From contig OZ245365.1 of assembly GCA_965226495.1 (NCBI GenBank), forward strand, positions 1,248,001-1,312,000: a stretch of DNA of 64,000 nucleotides, read 5' to 3'. A program made the translations under genes and the position numbers. The stretch comes from Candidatus Marinacidobacterales bacterium. GTDB taxonomy: Bacteria; Acidobacteriota; Vicinamibacteria; Marinacidobacterales; DATDRI01. This document shows positions 9,290 through 18,051 of this stretch, piece after piece (positions within the stretch are counted from its first letter, which is position 1; every line of letters begins with the position of its first letter). The notes beneath the pieces are model-generated. The model did not search any database, was not told where the DNA came from, and saw nothing but the letters and a program-made list of their open reading frames with translations.

Positions 9290-12142
9290 CTACTTGTTCA
9301 GCCCACTCGCCTCGAACTCAGCCTTGGTTGTGTACTCGCCGCGCGGGTAGTAGGCCCCCATCACGGCTTCTTCCGTTCCGGGCTTGGTTACGTTGTCGGG
9401 TCTCTCTGCCCAGCTCGGGTTGGTGGCCATGATGCGGAGCATCAACATGCCGAAGTCGGCGCGGTTCTTCGGGCCCCCAATTCCCTCGCCGCGGGGGCTC
9501 CATTCGATCCATGCCACGCCGTTTTCGAGCGTCGCGTTCTTCGGCCGGTCTTCACGGTGGCTGGACACGATCGTGTAGTTGCCGTCCTTGTCCAGTGGCA
9601 CCTGCATGTCGGTCAGGCTGTCCACGATGTGCCCGGACGGCGCGGCCTCGCAGCTGACGAGCGACCAGTACCGGGTCTGCGCCTCCGGCATCACCTCGAG
9701 ACCCCTGCCGCCCGCGCCGGCGTAGGTATTGGGGAAAGTCGGCATCTTGCCGCGCATCACGTAGACCGGGCCGAACTTGCGCGACAAGTTGATAAACAGG
9801 TACTGGGTCGTCGGATCCCCACCGCCGTCCATGGCAGCGTGATAGGGAATCGTGGCGCGCTCTTCCGCGGTCTTGAACGCGCCGACGATCGAGTACCGGA
9901 AGTTCCAGTACTTCTCCCACTTGGGAACTTTACGCGCGGGCGCGGTCGCCGGATCGAGCGCAGGATCGTTGTTCGGCGCGTGCACCAGCTTACTCCACTG
10001 CTCGGCGTTGACGGGCTGCTTGGTGGCCGCCATGGGTCGCCCGAACCGCTCGACCACTTCCGCCGCCGAGAGCTTTGTCCCGTCGGCCAGCGTTCCTTCA
10101 TAAGTCGGAAAACCGGTTTCGGCGGATGGCGATGACGCCGGGGCCCATCCCGCCCCGTCCCATCCCTGATCGGCGAGGTAGATGCGATTCACGAACTGAA
10201 GCTTTTCGCCTTTATCGCCTCCGTAAAGCGTGTTTCGCGCTCTCTGACTCGGATCGGCCGGGGGTTTCGCGGCTAGGATCCGCAGAGTGAATTCGCGCCG
10301 CTCGGCGAGCCGATTGGCGCCGACCCGGAACGGATTGGTGGAACCCGGATCCGGATCGATGTCCTTCCCGGCAACCGCTTCGCCGGTGGAAACGAACGTC
10401 TGACCGTTCCACGTGTAGAGCGCGAACTGGAAGTAGCGCGAGTGGGGATAAGTGTAGTGCAGCGTCAGGCTGGCGCCCGCCGGCATCGCCAGTTGGCCAA
10501 GAAAGTAGGTCGACTGTCCATCCGGCCAGAGATTCGGGTTCTGAATCGGCCTGGGGTACTCGAGGTGATTCCAGTAGACCCAGCCGCGCGGTCCGAAGAA
10601 CAGACCGTCGTGGCCGTATCGCGTGTCGGTGCGGACGATGTTTTCCACCGACTTGTCGCCGAAGCGTTTCACCCCGAGCGCGTTGAAGAACCGTACCGGC
10701 ACGATGGGCGGCGGGCTCCAACTTCCTTTGCCCAGTGGATACACAGACGGCGCGTCGGTCTTCGGCCAGTAGAGACGCATCACCACGAACATCGGACCAT
10801 CCGGCGCCGGCAGCCAGTTGGACTCCTTGTCCTTGCCCGGCGAGTCCTTCTGGATGTAGATGGAGAGCGAGCCGTCGGCGTTCTTCTTCAGCTCCGGAAG
10901 CATCGGCGAGTTGACGAGATAGCGGTTGATCGGGTTGTCAACCAGGAACTTGGTGTCATCGTGGTACATCGTGATGGACCAAAACGCGTTGACCGGAGGG
11001 AGATGTCCCGCGGGGAAGGTCATCTGGTAAGCATCCTTGCTGCCGTCGAGCGGGATGCCATTCGGGTCCTGCGTCGTGAAGGGATAGACGGCCTCGGCCT
11101 TGCTGTTGCCGTAGATGCCGAGCTTTGCAGCGGTAGCGCGGAGCGCCCAATTGCCGTTGTAGAACTCGCGGCTTCCTGCCGCCGAGCCGATCTGCCACCC
11201 GTTGACACGCGTGCCGATCGTCCCCGCGGTCTGCTCGATCTTCGCCAGGGCGGCTTTTGTTCCTGCCCCGAACGCCGCTTTCACTTCCGGCGAAGGCTCT
11301 TGGCCCCCGGCTGTCTTACCGTCGCCGATCCCGATCTTGGCGAATCGCTCGCGCAACGGCTTCTCCACCGCGGCGGTCCCCACTGGCGGGCAGAACTGCA
11401 GCAGAAAATCGAGATACTCGACCCAGCGCGTCGAGAACGCTTCCTTGGTGAACTTCGGCCAGTCGATCGCCGGCGCGGCGGGCGGCGCGGACTGGCCGAG
11501 AAACGCTGACAGCGGCTGCACCTTGTAGCCGGCCTGGATCTTCTTCACGTTGTCCATGTCGGCGGCGTTGAAGAGCTGCGTCCGATAGACGACAAGGGTG
11601 AGCTCAGTCTCGCTCCGGAAGACGTGGGCGATGCGGGCCGGCGTTGCCCCTTTCCAGTCCGGCCCCGCCACGAGGTAGCAACCGGCTCCGCTGCCGGTGG
11701 TGCGGCTGCCCATGTACCCGTAGTTGTTGGTGTACAGGTCCACGAGCTGTACATCGTAATAGCGCGCCTTGTCGATCTCAGGCATGCACAGCACGATTGG
11801 CTCGGCGCGCAGATCCAGTAGTAGCATGGAGTAAGGCGTGTCGCTGTTGGGTGTGCTGACGCCGGTGTCTTTGGGTGTGAACACGCGCGCCGCGTTCGAG
11901 ATCTGGTTGATCGGCGCCTTGAACTGTTTCGACGTAGGGTCGAGGAAGAAGCTGTGCATGACGCTGTAGCCGACGATCATGGGGAAACCGTAGAGGTAGG
12001 CTTCCTCCGCAATCGCCTGAAGCTCCTGCGTATCAGGTTTCTCCTGAGCCGCAGACGGTAGGGCTCCCACCGAGGCGACCAGCGCGATCGCGGTCGCTGC
12101 CCGTCTCAGCATCGTCCACTGTATGGGTCGTTCCTGTTTCAT
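9290..12142 (-). CDS. DUF1254/DUF1214 protein fused to a ~460-aa C-terminal domain of unknown function
   Basis: Signal peptide, then AEEAYLYGFP, TPNSDTPYS, PPVNAFWSITMY, NPINRY, NWLPAP and MRLYWP. The frame continues past the usual end (WSPPPI). Alternative start at 12181. Confidence 0.85.
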   Translation of the reverse strand: MKQERPIQWTMLRRAATAIALVASVGALPSAAQEKPDTQELQAIAEEAYLYGFPMIVGYSVMHSFFLDPTSKQFKAPINQISNAARVFTPKDTGVSTPNSDTPYSMLLLDLRAEPIVLCMPEIDKARYYDVQLVDLYTNNYGYMGSRTTGSGAGCYLVAGPDWKGATPARIAHVFRSETELTLVVYRTQLFNAADMDNVKKIQAGYKVQPLSAFLGQSAPPAAPAIDWPKFTKEAFSTRWVEYLDFLLQFCPPVGTAAVEKPLRERFAKIGIGDGKTAGGQEPSPEVKAAFGAGTKAALAKIEQTAGTIGTRVNGWQIGSAAGSREFYNGNWALRATAAKLGIYGNSKAEAVYPFTTQDPNGIPLDGSKDAYQMTFPAGHLPPVNAFWSITMYHDDTKFLVDNPINRYLVNSPMLPELKKNADGSLSIYIQKDSPGKDKESNWLPAPDGPMFVVMRLYWPKTDAPSVYPLGKGSWSPPPIVPVRFFNALGVKRFGDKSVENIVRTDTRYGHDGLFFGPRGWVYWNHLEYPRPIQNPNLWPDGQSTYFLGQLAMPAGASLTLHYTYPHSRYFQFALYTWNGQTFVSTGEAVAGKDIDPDPGSTNPFRVGANRLAERREFTLRILAAKPPADPSQRARNTLYGGDKGEKLQFVNRIYLADQGWDGAGWAPASSPSAETGFPTYEGTLADGTKLSAAEVVERFGRPMAATKQPVNAEQWSKLVHAPNNDPALDPATAPARKVPKWEKYWNFRYSIVGAFKTAEERATIPYHAAMDGGGDPTTQYLFINLSRKFGPVYVMRGKMPTFPNTYAGAGGRGLEVMPEAQTRYWSLVSCEAAPSGHIVDSLTDMQVPLDKDGNYTIVSSHREDRPKNATLENGVAWIEWSPRGEGIGGPKNRADFGMLMLRIMATNPSWAERPDNVTKPGTEEAVMGAYYPRGEYTTKAEFEASGLNK

Positions 12143-12193
12143 GGTCCTTCCTCCCAGCTCCCTCGTTTTGTTGGTCGACATGAGGTTCTCCCG

Positions 12194-13828
12194 CTACTTG
12201 CCGGATGGCGATGCCTTGGGCATGACCTGCAACACATAAAACCGCTGTCCTACCGCCGTCGGGAAGTAGACCCGGCCGCCGAAGCCTGGAGGAGTAAGCG
12301 AGTTGAGGGTCAGCGGCTCGAAGAAATCCGACTCGGCGAGGATCCGCCCGGTGGCGGCGTCACGCCAGGTGAGCTGCTCCTTGTAGTTTTCGGTGAAGAT
12401 GGCGGCCATCAACGGCTCCCTGGCTACGTTGAACTTCACCTTGGTAAGCAGTAGCACCCGCCGATCTTTTGGACCGATCAAGGGCTGGAAGGTGCTGGTC
12501 ACGGCATCGACGACGAACTCCACGTTCATCTCGCCCGTGGCCTGATCGAGCTTGATGCCCGCCACCTTGCCCAGGCCCATGTCGGCCGAGTAGACCATGT
12601 CGTTCTCGGGATCGGCACCCGCCTTGGGCGGAGCAAAGCTGAACTCGCCGGGCTTCAGCTCGCCGAACGGGAAGATGGTCTTCACTTTCTTTGCGTCGTT
12701 CCGGTGGACGGCTGTGATGCTAGAAGCGACCGTCTTACTGCCGGCGCCATTCAGCTGAAACGCGATCCACTCGCCGATCACACTCGGCGCCGTAGCGGTT
12801 GTCTGGCCCTTCTCAATGGGGTAAACCACCCACGACTCGTCCGCCGAAAGCTTCTTGGTCGCCGGATCCCAAAAGTAGCGCCGCGCGCTGGTGTTCATGC
12901 CGATGTAGATAGCAATCCTGTCCCCGAAAGTCGTGACGATGTGCGGCGAAGAGGCCGGCTCCGGCAACTGAAGCTCGTCGAGGACTTCCAGCGAGTCAGG
13001 ATGAACCGCCACCAGTACCGAGTTGGGCTGCTTCATTCCCTCCTGCACGCACTTGATGAGCCCGAGGGTCCCCTGGACCTTGCACTCGGGCGGCCGCGTC
13101 TGATCCTTGAGGATGAGTGTGCGATCGGGCGCAATGGTCAAGTGCTTGAAGTTCGCAGCCACCACGGGCGCCTCTCCAGTGGGCAGCGTGTTGTGCCTCA
13201 GGATCTCGCCGGTCTCGGCATCGAGGAGCACGATTTGGTTCGACCAGGCGAAAGGGATCCTGCCGTTGTCGAGGATGTTGAGGTTGTTGTTTCCCATCAT
13301 CCAGCCGGAGGCGTTGGCGTTGTCGAGGTAGGTGCGCCAGATTTGCTCGCCAGTGGTCGCATTGGCCTTGGCGACGAACGGCCCCGCGGGCAGGGGAGCT
13401 TCCTGGGTCGGAAACTCACCGCCGACGATGTACAGCTCGCCAGGCTTGCGGTTGTTGATGTAGGAGATGCCGGGGTAGGTGTCGGCACTGCCCCACGCGA
13501 ACACCTGGTTTGGGCCGTCGTAGGAGCCGGTGTACGTGGCACAAGGGAACAGGCCGCTGCGCTCGCTGTCGGAAATCTCCGCACCGTTGAGCGAAGAGTA
13601 GTAGCCCGGCGTAGGGATCTTCTGCTGGCAGGCCAGCTCTCTCGCATAAAGGCTAACGTCCCCCGGTAGCGGGCCTTGGGCGGCCTTTTCGTTTGATGTC
13701 AGTCCTATCTCGGCGATGCGTCGCTCGACCCTCGGTTCGATGGCCGTCCGCAACAGTTCGTAAGCGGCGATCGCGACAAGAGCTACGAGCACTGCGCCTA
13801 TCAGTTTGAAAGCCGTCGATTTCGTCAT
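12194..13828 (-). CDS. Membrane-anchored hypothetical protein, probable beta-propeller; paralogue of 7635-9266
   Basis: 544 aa. Shares PTPGYYSSLNGAEI, FKHLTIAPD, SFAPPK and WRDAATGRILAESDFFEP with the paralogue. Confidence 0.75.
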   Translation of the reverse strand: MTKSTAFKLIGAVLVALVAIAAYELLRTAIEPRVERRIAEIGLTSNEKAAQGPLPGDVSLYARELACQQKIPTPGYYSSLNGAEISDSERSGLFPCATYTGSYDGPNQVFAWGSADTYPGISYINNRKPGELYIVGGEFPTQEAPLPAGPFVAKANATTGEQIWRTYLDNANASGWMMGNNNLNILDNGRIPFAWSNQIVLLDAETGEILRHNTLPTGEAPVVAANFKHLTIAPDRTLILKDQTRPPECKVQGTLGLIKCVQEGMKQPNSVLVAVHPDSLEVLDELQLPEPASSPHIVTTFGDRIAIYIGMNTSARRYFWDPATKKLSADESWVVYPIEKGQTTATAPSVIGEWIAFQLNGAGSKTVASSITAVHRNDAKKVKTIFPFGELKPGEFSFAPPKAGADPENDMVYSADMGLGKVAGIKLDQATGEMNVEFVVDAVTSTFQPLIGPKDRRVLLLTKVKFNVAREPLMAAIFTENYKEQLTWRDAATGRILAESDFFEPLTLNSLTPPGFGGRVYFPTAVGQRFYVLQVMPKASPSGK

Positions 13829-13895
13829 TTCTCACATCCTATTGTCGTTATCGAGACACGGAAAGTAGACGAGTTTGATCTCTCACGTGGATATG

Positions 13896-14576
13896 CTAGC
13901 GAGTCGGCTCGCGAAAGCCCGAGTATTCGACCGCGACCTGCAAGTGCTTGGACGGCGCGGTGAGCGTGACATTGGCTGGGTAGGTCGTGCCATCGAGCAG
14001 CGATCCGAAATCGAACTGCAGCGTCATCGAGTTCTTTGGCTCGTCCAGATACGTGGCGACCGAGGCATTCGTGACAGTGTTTTTGGTCAGGTCCACGGTG
14101 AGGGTTAGGCTGTCTCCGGTGAGGATGTAGTCGTTGAACACGAGACCTACGGTGCGCCCGGGGTCGAGCAATTTGATCGAGATGGTTCCACGATCCACAC
14201 AACGCTGGATCAGTGTCGGGTCGGGCGGAACGTATTTGTGAAGCAACGCTACCGCGTCTTCGACGTAGTTCTGGAGCTTCTCGTTCTTGTCCTCGCCGGG
14301 AGGAAGAACCGGCACTTTTTGGACCTTGCCATCCAATCCGTAGTAGCACTTGTTCATGATCCGTGCTTTTTGCTTTCCTTTTTCGGTAACGGTGGTGGTT
14401 TCGACCCATTCCAACTTTTTGAGGGCCTCCGCGCTCGTCTGAAGCGTTTGCTTGACTGCCGCAACTCGCTCCTGTACGGCCGCGGGAACTTGTTGTGCTG
14501 AAATGGTTGAGGCAACCGAGAAGCCGAGATACACCGGCAGGAGATACAGTAGGAACTTACTTCGCTTGGAATTCAC
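13896..14576 (-). CDS. Exported hypothetical protein (LolA/LolB-like beta-sheet possible); paralogue of 14613-15326
   Basis: Signal peptide. CYYGLDGKVQK, KYVPPDP, GDSLTLT and LDGTTY match the neighbouring gene. Confidence 0.7.
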   Translation of the reverse strand: MNSKRSKFLLYLLPVYLGFSVASTISAQQVPAAVQERVAAVKQTLQTSAEALKKLEWVETTTVTEKGKQKARIMNKCYYGLDGKVQKVPVLPPGEDKNEKLQNYVEDAVALLHKYVPPDPTLIQRCVDRGTISIKLLDPGRTVGLVFNDYILTGDSLTLTVDLTKNTVTNASVATYLDEPKNSMTLQFDFGSLLDGTTYPANVTLTAPSKHLQVAVEYSGFREPTR

Positions 14577-14612
14577 TTTTTTTGTCCTTCCGTTTCGCGC
14601 GTGGCCCCGTCC

Positions 14613-15326
14613 CTACGGAGCCACCTTCTGGTAGTTGCTGTTCTCGATAGTAACCTCGAGTTTGCTTTCGGGAATCGTCATCACCGTCGATGCGGCGTAA
14701 TTCGTACCATCCGGTAGCGACTGGAAGCTCACCTGAAGCGTGACCTTGTTGTCGGCTTCGTCGAGCCAGGTGTCAACGCTGATCTGGCGCATCGACTTCG
14801 ACTCGACGTCAAGGGTGAGCGTCAGGGCGTCGCCGGTCTTCTCGTAGTCTGCGAATCGAAGGGCGGCGGCGCCGCCTCCGGGAGAGATCGTCACGTTGCC
14901 GGCGGCAATGACTGCCTGGAGCTTTTCCGGAGTGGGCGGGACATATTTCTGGACGAGGGCGGCGGAGGCCTCGAGCTCCTCCTTCATCTCGGCCGTCTTC
15001 TTTGCGATGATTTTCCCTCTGAGGCCGCGTTTCTTCTTCTGCTTCGGCGGATCGCTGAGCTCGGTCTTTTGCACCTTGCCATCCGGACCGTACCTGCAGG
15101 ATTCGATCTTGCTGTTTTTCACGTCACCCTTGACGCTGAGATCGGTCTTCTGAATCCACGAGTAGGCCTTGAGGGCCTGCTGGTTTCGCGCCGCCGCCTC
15201 TTTGGCTTCGGCCGCTTTCTGCTTGAGCTGATCGCTCATCGTTTGCATTGCGGCCGCCAGGCCGCCGAAAGCGATCAGGGATATCGACATAAGTGCCACA
15301 TACTTCAAGGGTCCCAAACGTTTCAT
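14613..15326 (-). CDS. Exported hypothetical protein; paralogue of 13896-14576
   Basis: ATG 15326 follows an AAGGAG-containing purine tract. Signal peptide, then CRYGPDGKVQK, KYVPPTP, GDALTLT and PDGTNY. Confidence 0.7.
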   Translation of the reverse strand: MKRLGPLKYVALMSISLIAFGGLAAAMQTMSDQLKQKAAEAKEAAARNQQALKAYSWIQKTDLSVKGDVKNSKIESCRYGPDGKVQKTELSDPPKQKKKRGLRGKIIAKKTAEMKEELEASAALVQKYVPPTPEKLQAVIAAGNVTISPGGGAAALRFADYEKTGDALTLTLDVESKSMRQISVDTWLDEADNKVTLQVSFQSLPDGTNYAASTVMTIPESKLEVTIENSNYQKVAP

Positions 15327-15458
15327 CTTCTTTCCTTTCTCCTTCAAATTGGAAGTGCTATTCCTCTCGCGTGATATTCGTGAGACGGACCATCGGCAGC
15401 CTAGCACTTCTCCAACACCTTCTTCACCATCTTCTCGACCTTCTTGAGCTCATTTCCT

Positions 15459-15830
15459 TCACTCCGGTCGCCGCGCCGCCCGAAGAATGGCTTCGCGCAA
15501 CACGACTCCGGGCTCTGCCTTGGGAATGTAGGCGACACCGGTGTCGAGCGCGCGCTCGCGGGTCTCCGCGGCGTCATGAGCGGTAATGAAGACAACCGGC
15601 ACTGGGGAGTCGGTTTTTCGAAGTTGTTCCTGGATATCGAAGCCGGACATGCCGCCGAGCTGAATATCCAAGATCAGACAGTCGAACGGCGGGCGGTGAA
15701 CGTCCCCGATAAAGGCTTCCGCAGAGGGGTAGGTGACGGCTCGCATATCCCACGCGCTCAGCAGGCGGCGGCTGTCATCGACCATATAACTGTCGTGAAG
15801 CTCATCGATCCCATCCAAGAAACGGTTCAT
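15459..15830 (-). pseudogene. Single-domain response regulator (FixJ/CheY-like), N-terminus eroded
   Basis: DCLILDIQLGGMSG, PVVFITAHD and YIPK are present. The helix after the acidic pocket is shortened (VDDSRRLL). Confidence 0.65.
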
Positions 15831-15862
15831 AGGATACGCCGTTTTTCGGCACGGTACCTTCC

Positions 15863-16111
15863 TCAATACCGGGTTTTGGCGACGACTAACATATCAATTC
15901 TGCGCGCTCGATCCTTTTCGGATCGCGAGGTGGACGAAATCGGTTTCTGGACGTCTGGAGACCACCGCATCTCGTGCTCGTGGACCTCACCGTGCGCGCC
16001 TATGACGAGGAAGAGAAGACGGGTGATTTTCTTGGCCGTCTCGTCCCCGGCAAGCAGGTGTAGGATCCCGTCGTGCCGCGGCGTAAGAGGCGCGACCGGT
16101 CCTTCGATCAC
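15863..16111 (-). pseudogene. LuxR-type HTH remnant
   Basis: LTPRHDGILHLLAGDETAKKITRLL, then with a frameshift ARTV-EVHEHEM, resembling LTPRQREVL..AKEIA..ARTVEFHKY. No receiver domain upstream. Confidence 0.5.
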
Positions 16112-16142
16112 TTCATCGACCGTGTTACTTTTGGTTACTTGG

Positions 16143-17973
16143 GACGTGAGAAAAATTCGGATTGCGGGGAGATGGGGATGGTTGGTCCACAGTTCTGACG
16201 ATCACGGCGATCGGGCCGGCATCCCGCGGATTCACGCCGTTATCGGCGCTGGAGTTTCGATGATGCCTTCTGACACGCTGAAACTCGCCCGGCTGCGTGT
16301 GCACAATCGCCGGTCGGGTGGCGCTCACGCCGGCACGGGCTCCGATACCAAGTTCGGCCTCCATCGGAGGCGAATCCACTGCTGGATATCGTAGGTGAGG
16401 GCGGCCCAGAGAGATTCGGTGCGCACTTTGGCGATTCCGCGCACGCTAAACTGCCGCAGGCCGAACTTGGCTTTGATCCAAAGATTCGGAAACTCGGCCA
16501 CCTGCGAGCGTGTCTTATAGATGGCCTTGGCTTCGTCGGTCTGCATCTTCTGCCGGAATGCGGCTATCTCCGGCAAGGGTTCGAGCCTTTCGATCGACCG
16601 ACCGCTCGACGCGCGAGGACAGCAGAACTCCTTGACCGAGCACGTGTCGCAATCTTTCGCCGAGGCCTTGTATCGATAGCGCATCATGCCATCGCGTTCG
16701 AACTTTGCGTCGTAGCGTAAACGCTTGCCCTGCGGGCATACGTACGTGTTGCTCGCCTCATCGTGCACAAAGCTCGATGCTTCGAAAGCCGAAATAATGC
16801 CGTAGCGCTGATAGGACTTGCGCCGATTGGCCTCTGCCGACTTGCCCCGGGGCTCAGGGCCGACGAGGTCGATGCCGCGCTTCGCCATCTCCACGATGTT
16901 GTGGCTACTGATGTAGCCCCCATCTACGACCACCTGATCGGGCGTGCGCTGCAGCGTCTGTTCGATCCGTTCCATCGCCGGCGTCAGCTGCTGATAATCG
17001 CTGCCGGCCTGCGTGGCATCGATGTCGACAATCAAGCCGTGCGCGGCATCCGTTAAGATCTGGACGTTGTAGCTGGGCGCGGAACCGCCCTCGGCTTGCT
17101 TCATCACCCGCGCGTCGGGGTCGGTCGTGCTCACGCGCTCCATGCGGCTTTTCGCCGCTTTCAGCTTGTCGAATTCCTTCAACGCTGATTCTAGCCGCTG
17201 GCGTCTCTCACGCTTGGCGCGTTGCTGCGCTGCCTGCATCTGCCGGCTCGATTCCTCCTCCGTCTGTGCCTCGAGGGCCTCGACCGCCTCACGCGCCTGC
17301 TCCAGATACGCCTCGACTCGAGGCTTACGGCGAAATCTATTCGACGATGCGTTCGCGCGCACCTTCGTCCCATCCTGCATGACCCGCTCGAGTGGGATCA
17401 ATCCTTCCGCACTCAGCAGCCCTAACGTTTGCACAAACAACTCGTGCAAGGCGTCCGCATGCGCGACCCGAAAGTCCGACAGCGTGTGCGCACTGATGCC
17501 TTCCATCCCCGTCAGCCATTGATACCCCGGCTCATGCTCGCACAGTCGCTCAATCGCGCGGGCCGAACTCTCTCCCCGGCTGTAGCTGTAGACCCAAAGG
17601 CTCACCAGAAGCTGCGGGTCAAACGCAGGCCGGCCTGCGGCACCGGCGACCGAGCGGACCTGCTCCCTATAGCGACTAAGATCCAGCTGCCCCACGAACT
17701 CCCAGATCGCACGCGCTGGGTGATCCCTGGGGATCAACCGCTCCACGTCGACCGTGCAGCATCTGCGCGCGATCGACCACCTTCAACCGAGCCTCTCCCG
17801 CCCGCTCGCACTCATCGCCGTCACCACCATCGCCAGGCACGGGCAAGCCCGGCAACGACGCTTGCTTATCGCCCACGCTTACCCCACTTCCTCCTACGAT
17901 TCGTCACGTATCCCATGACCGCAATCTTGCAACATAGCTGCAACGTGAGTAAAGCCCAATTTTTTCTCACGTC
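16143..17973 (-). mobile_element. IS1182-family insertion sequence
   Basis: Terminal inverted repeats (g)gacgtgagaaaaa at 16142/16143 and tttttctcacgtc(c) ending at 17973/17974. Flanked by direct repeat cttgg (16138-16142 and 17974-17978). Contains the transposase. Confidence 0.9.
16325..17876 (-). CDS. IS1182-family DDE transposase (frameshift at ~17760 separates the first ~40 aa)
   Basis: LIPRDHPAR, GRPAFDPQLL, SSARAIERLC, QDGTKVRANAS, STTDPDARVMK, YNVQ, VDGGY and YKTRSQVAE. The upstream ORF 17876-17676 supplies ...VVDRAQML in a different frame. Confidence 0.88.
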
Positions 17974-18051
17974 CTTGGTCTGGACCGAGTAACCGAAAGT
18001 AACACTTCCCCTTCGATTCCCTCTGCCGGAGGATTGGCGATGAGCCCTCAT

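Larger units (their letters stand above)
16122..18005. repeat. REP-like palindrome split by the IS (arms 16122-16142 and 17974-18005)
   Basis: Removing the IS and one target duplication gives GTGTTACTTTTGGTTACTTGGTC-TG-GACCGAGTAACCGAAAGTAACAC, a 23-bp stem with two G-T pairs. Confidence 0.85.

Noticed and set aside
15401-15460. Short NELKKVEKMVKKVLEKC segment resembling a DUF4136 C-terminus
   Set aside because: Too short to support a call without a search.
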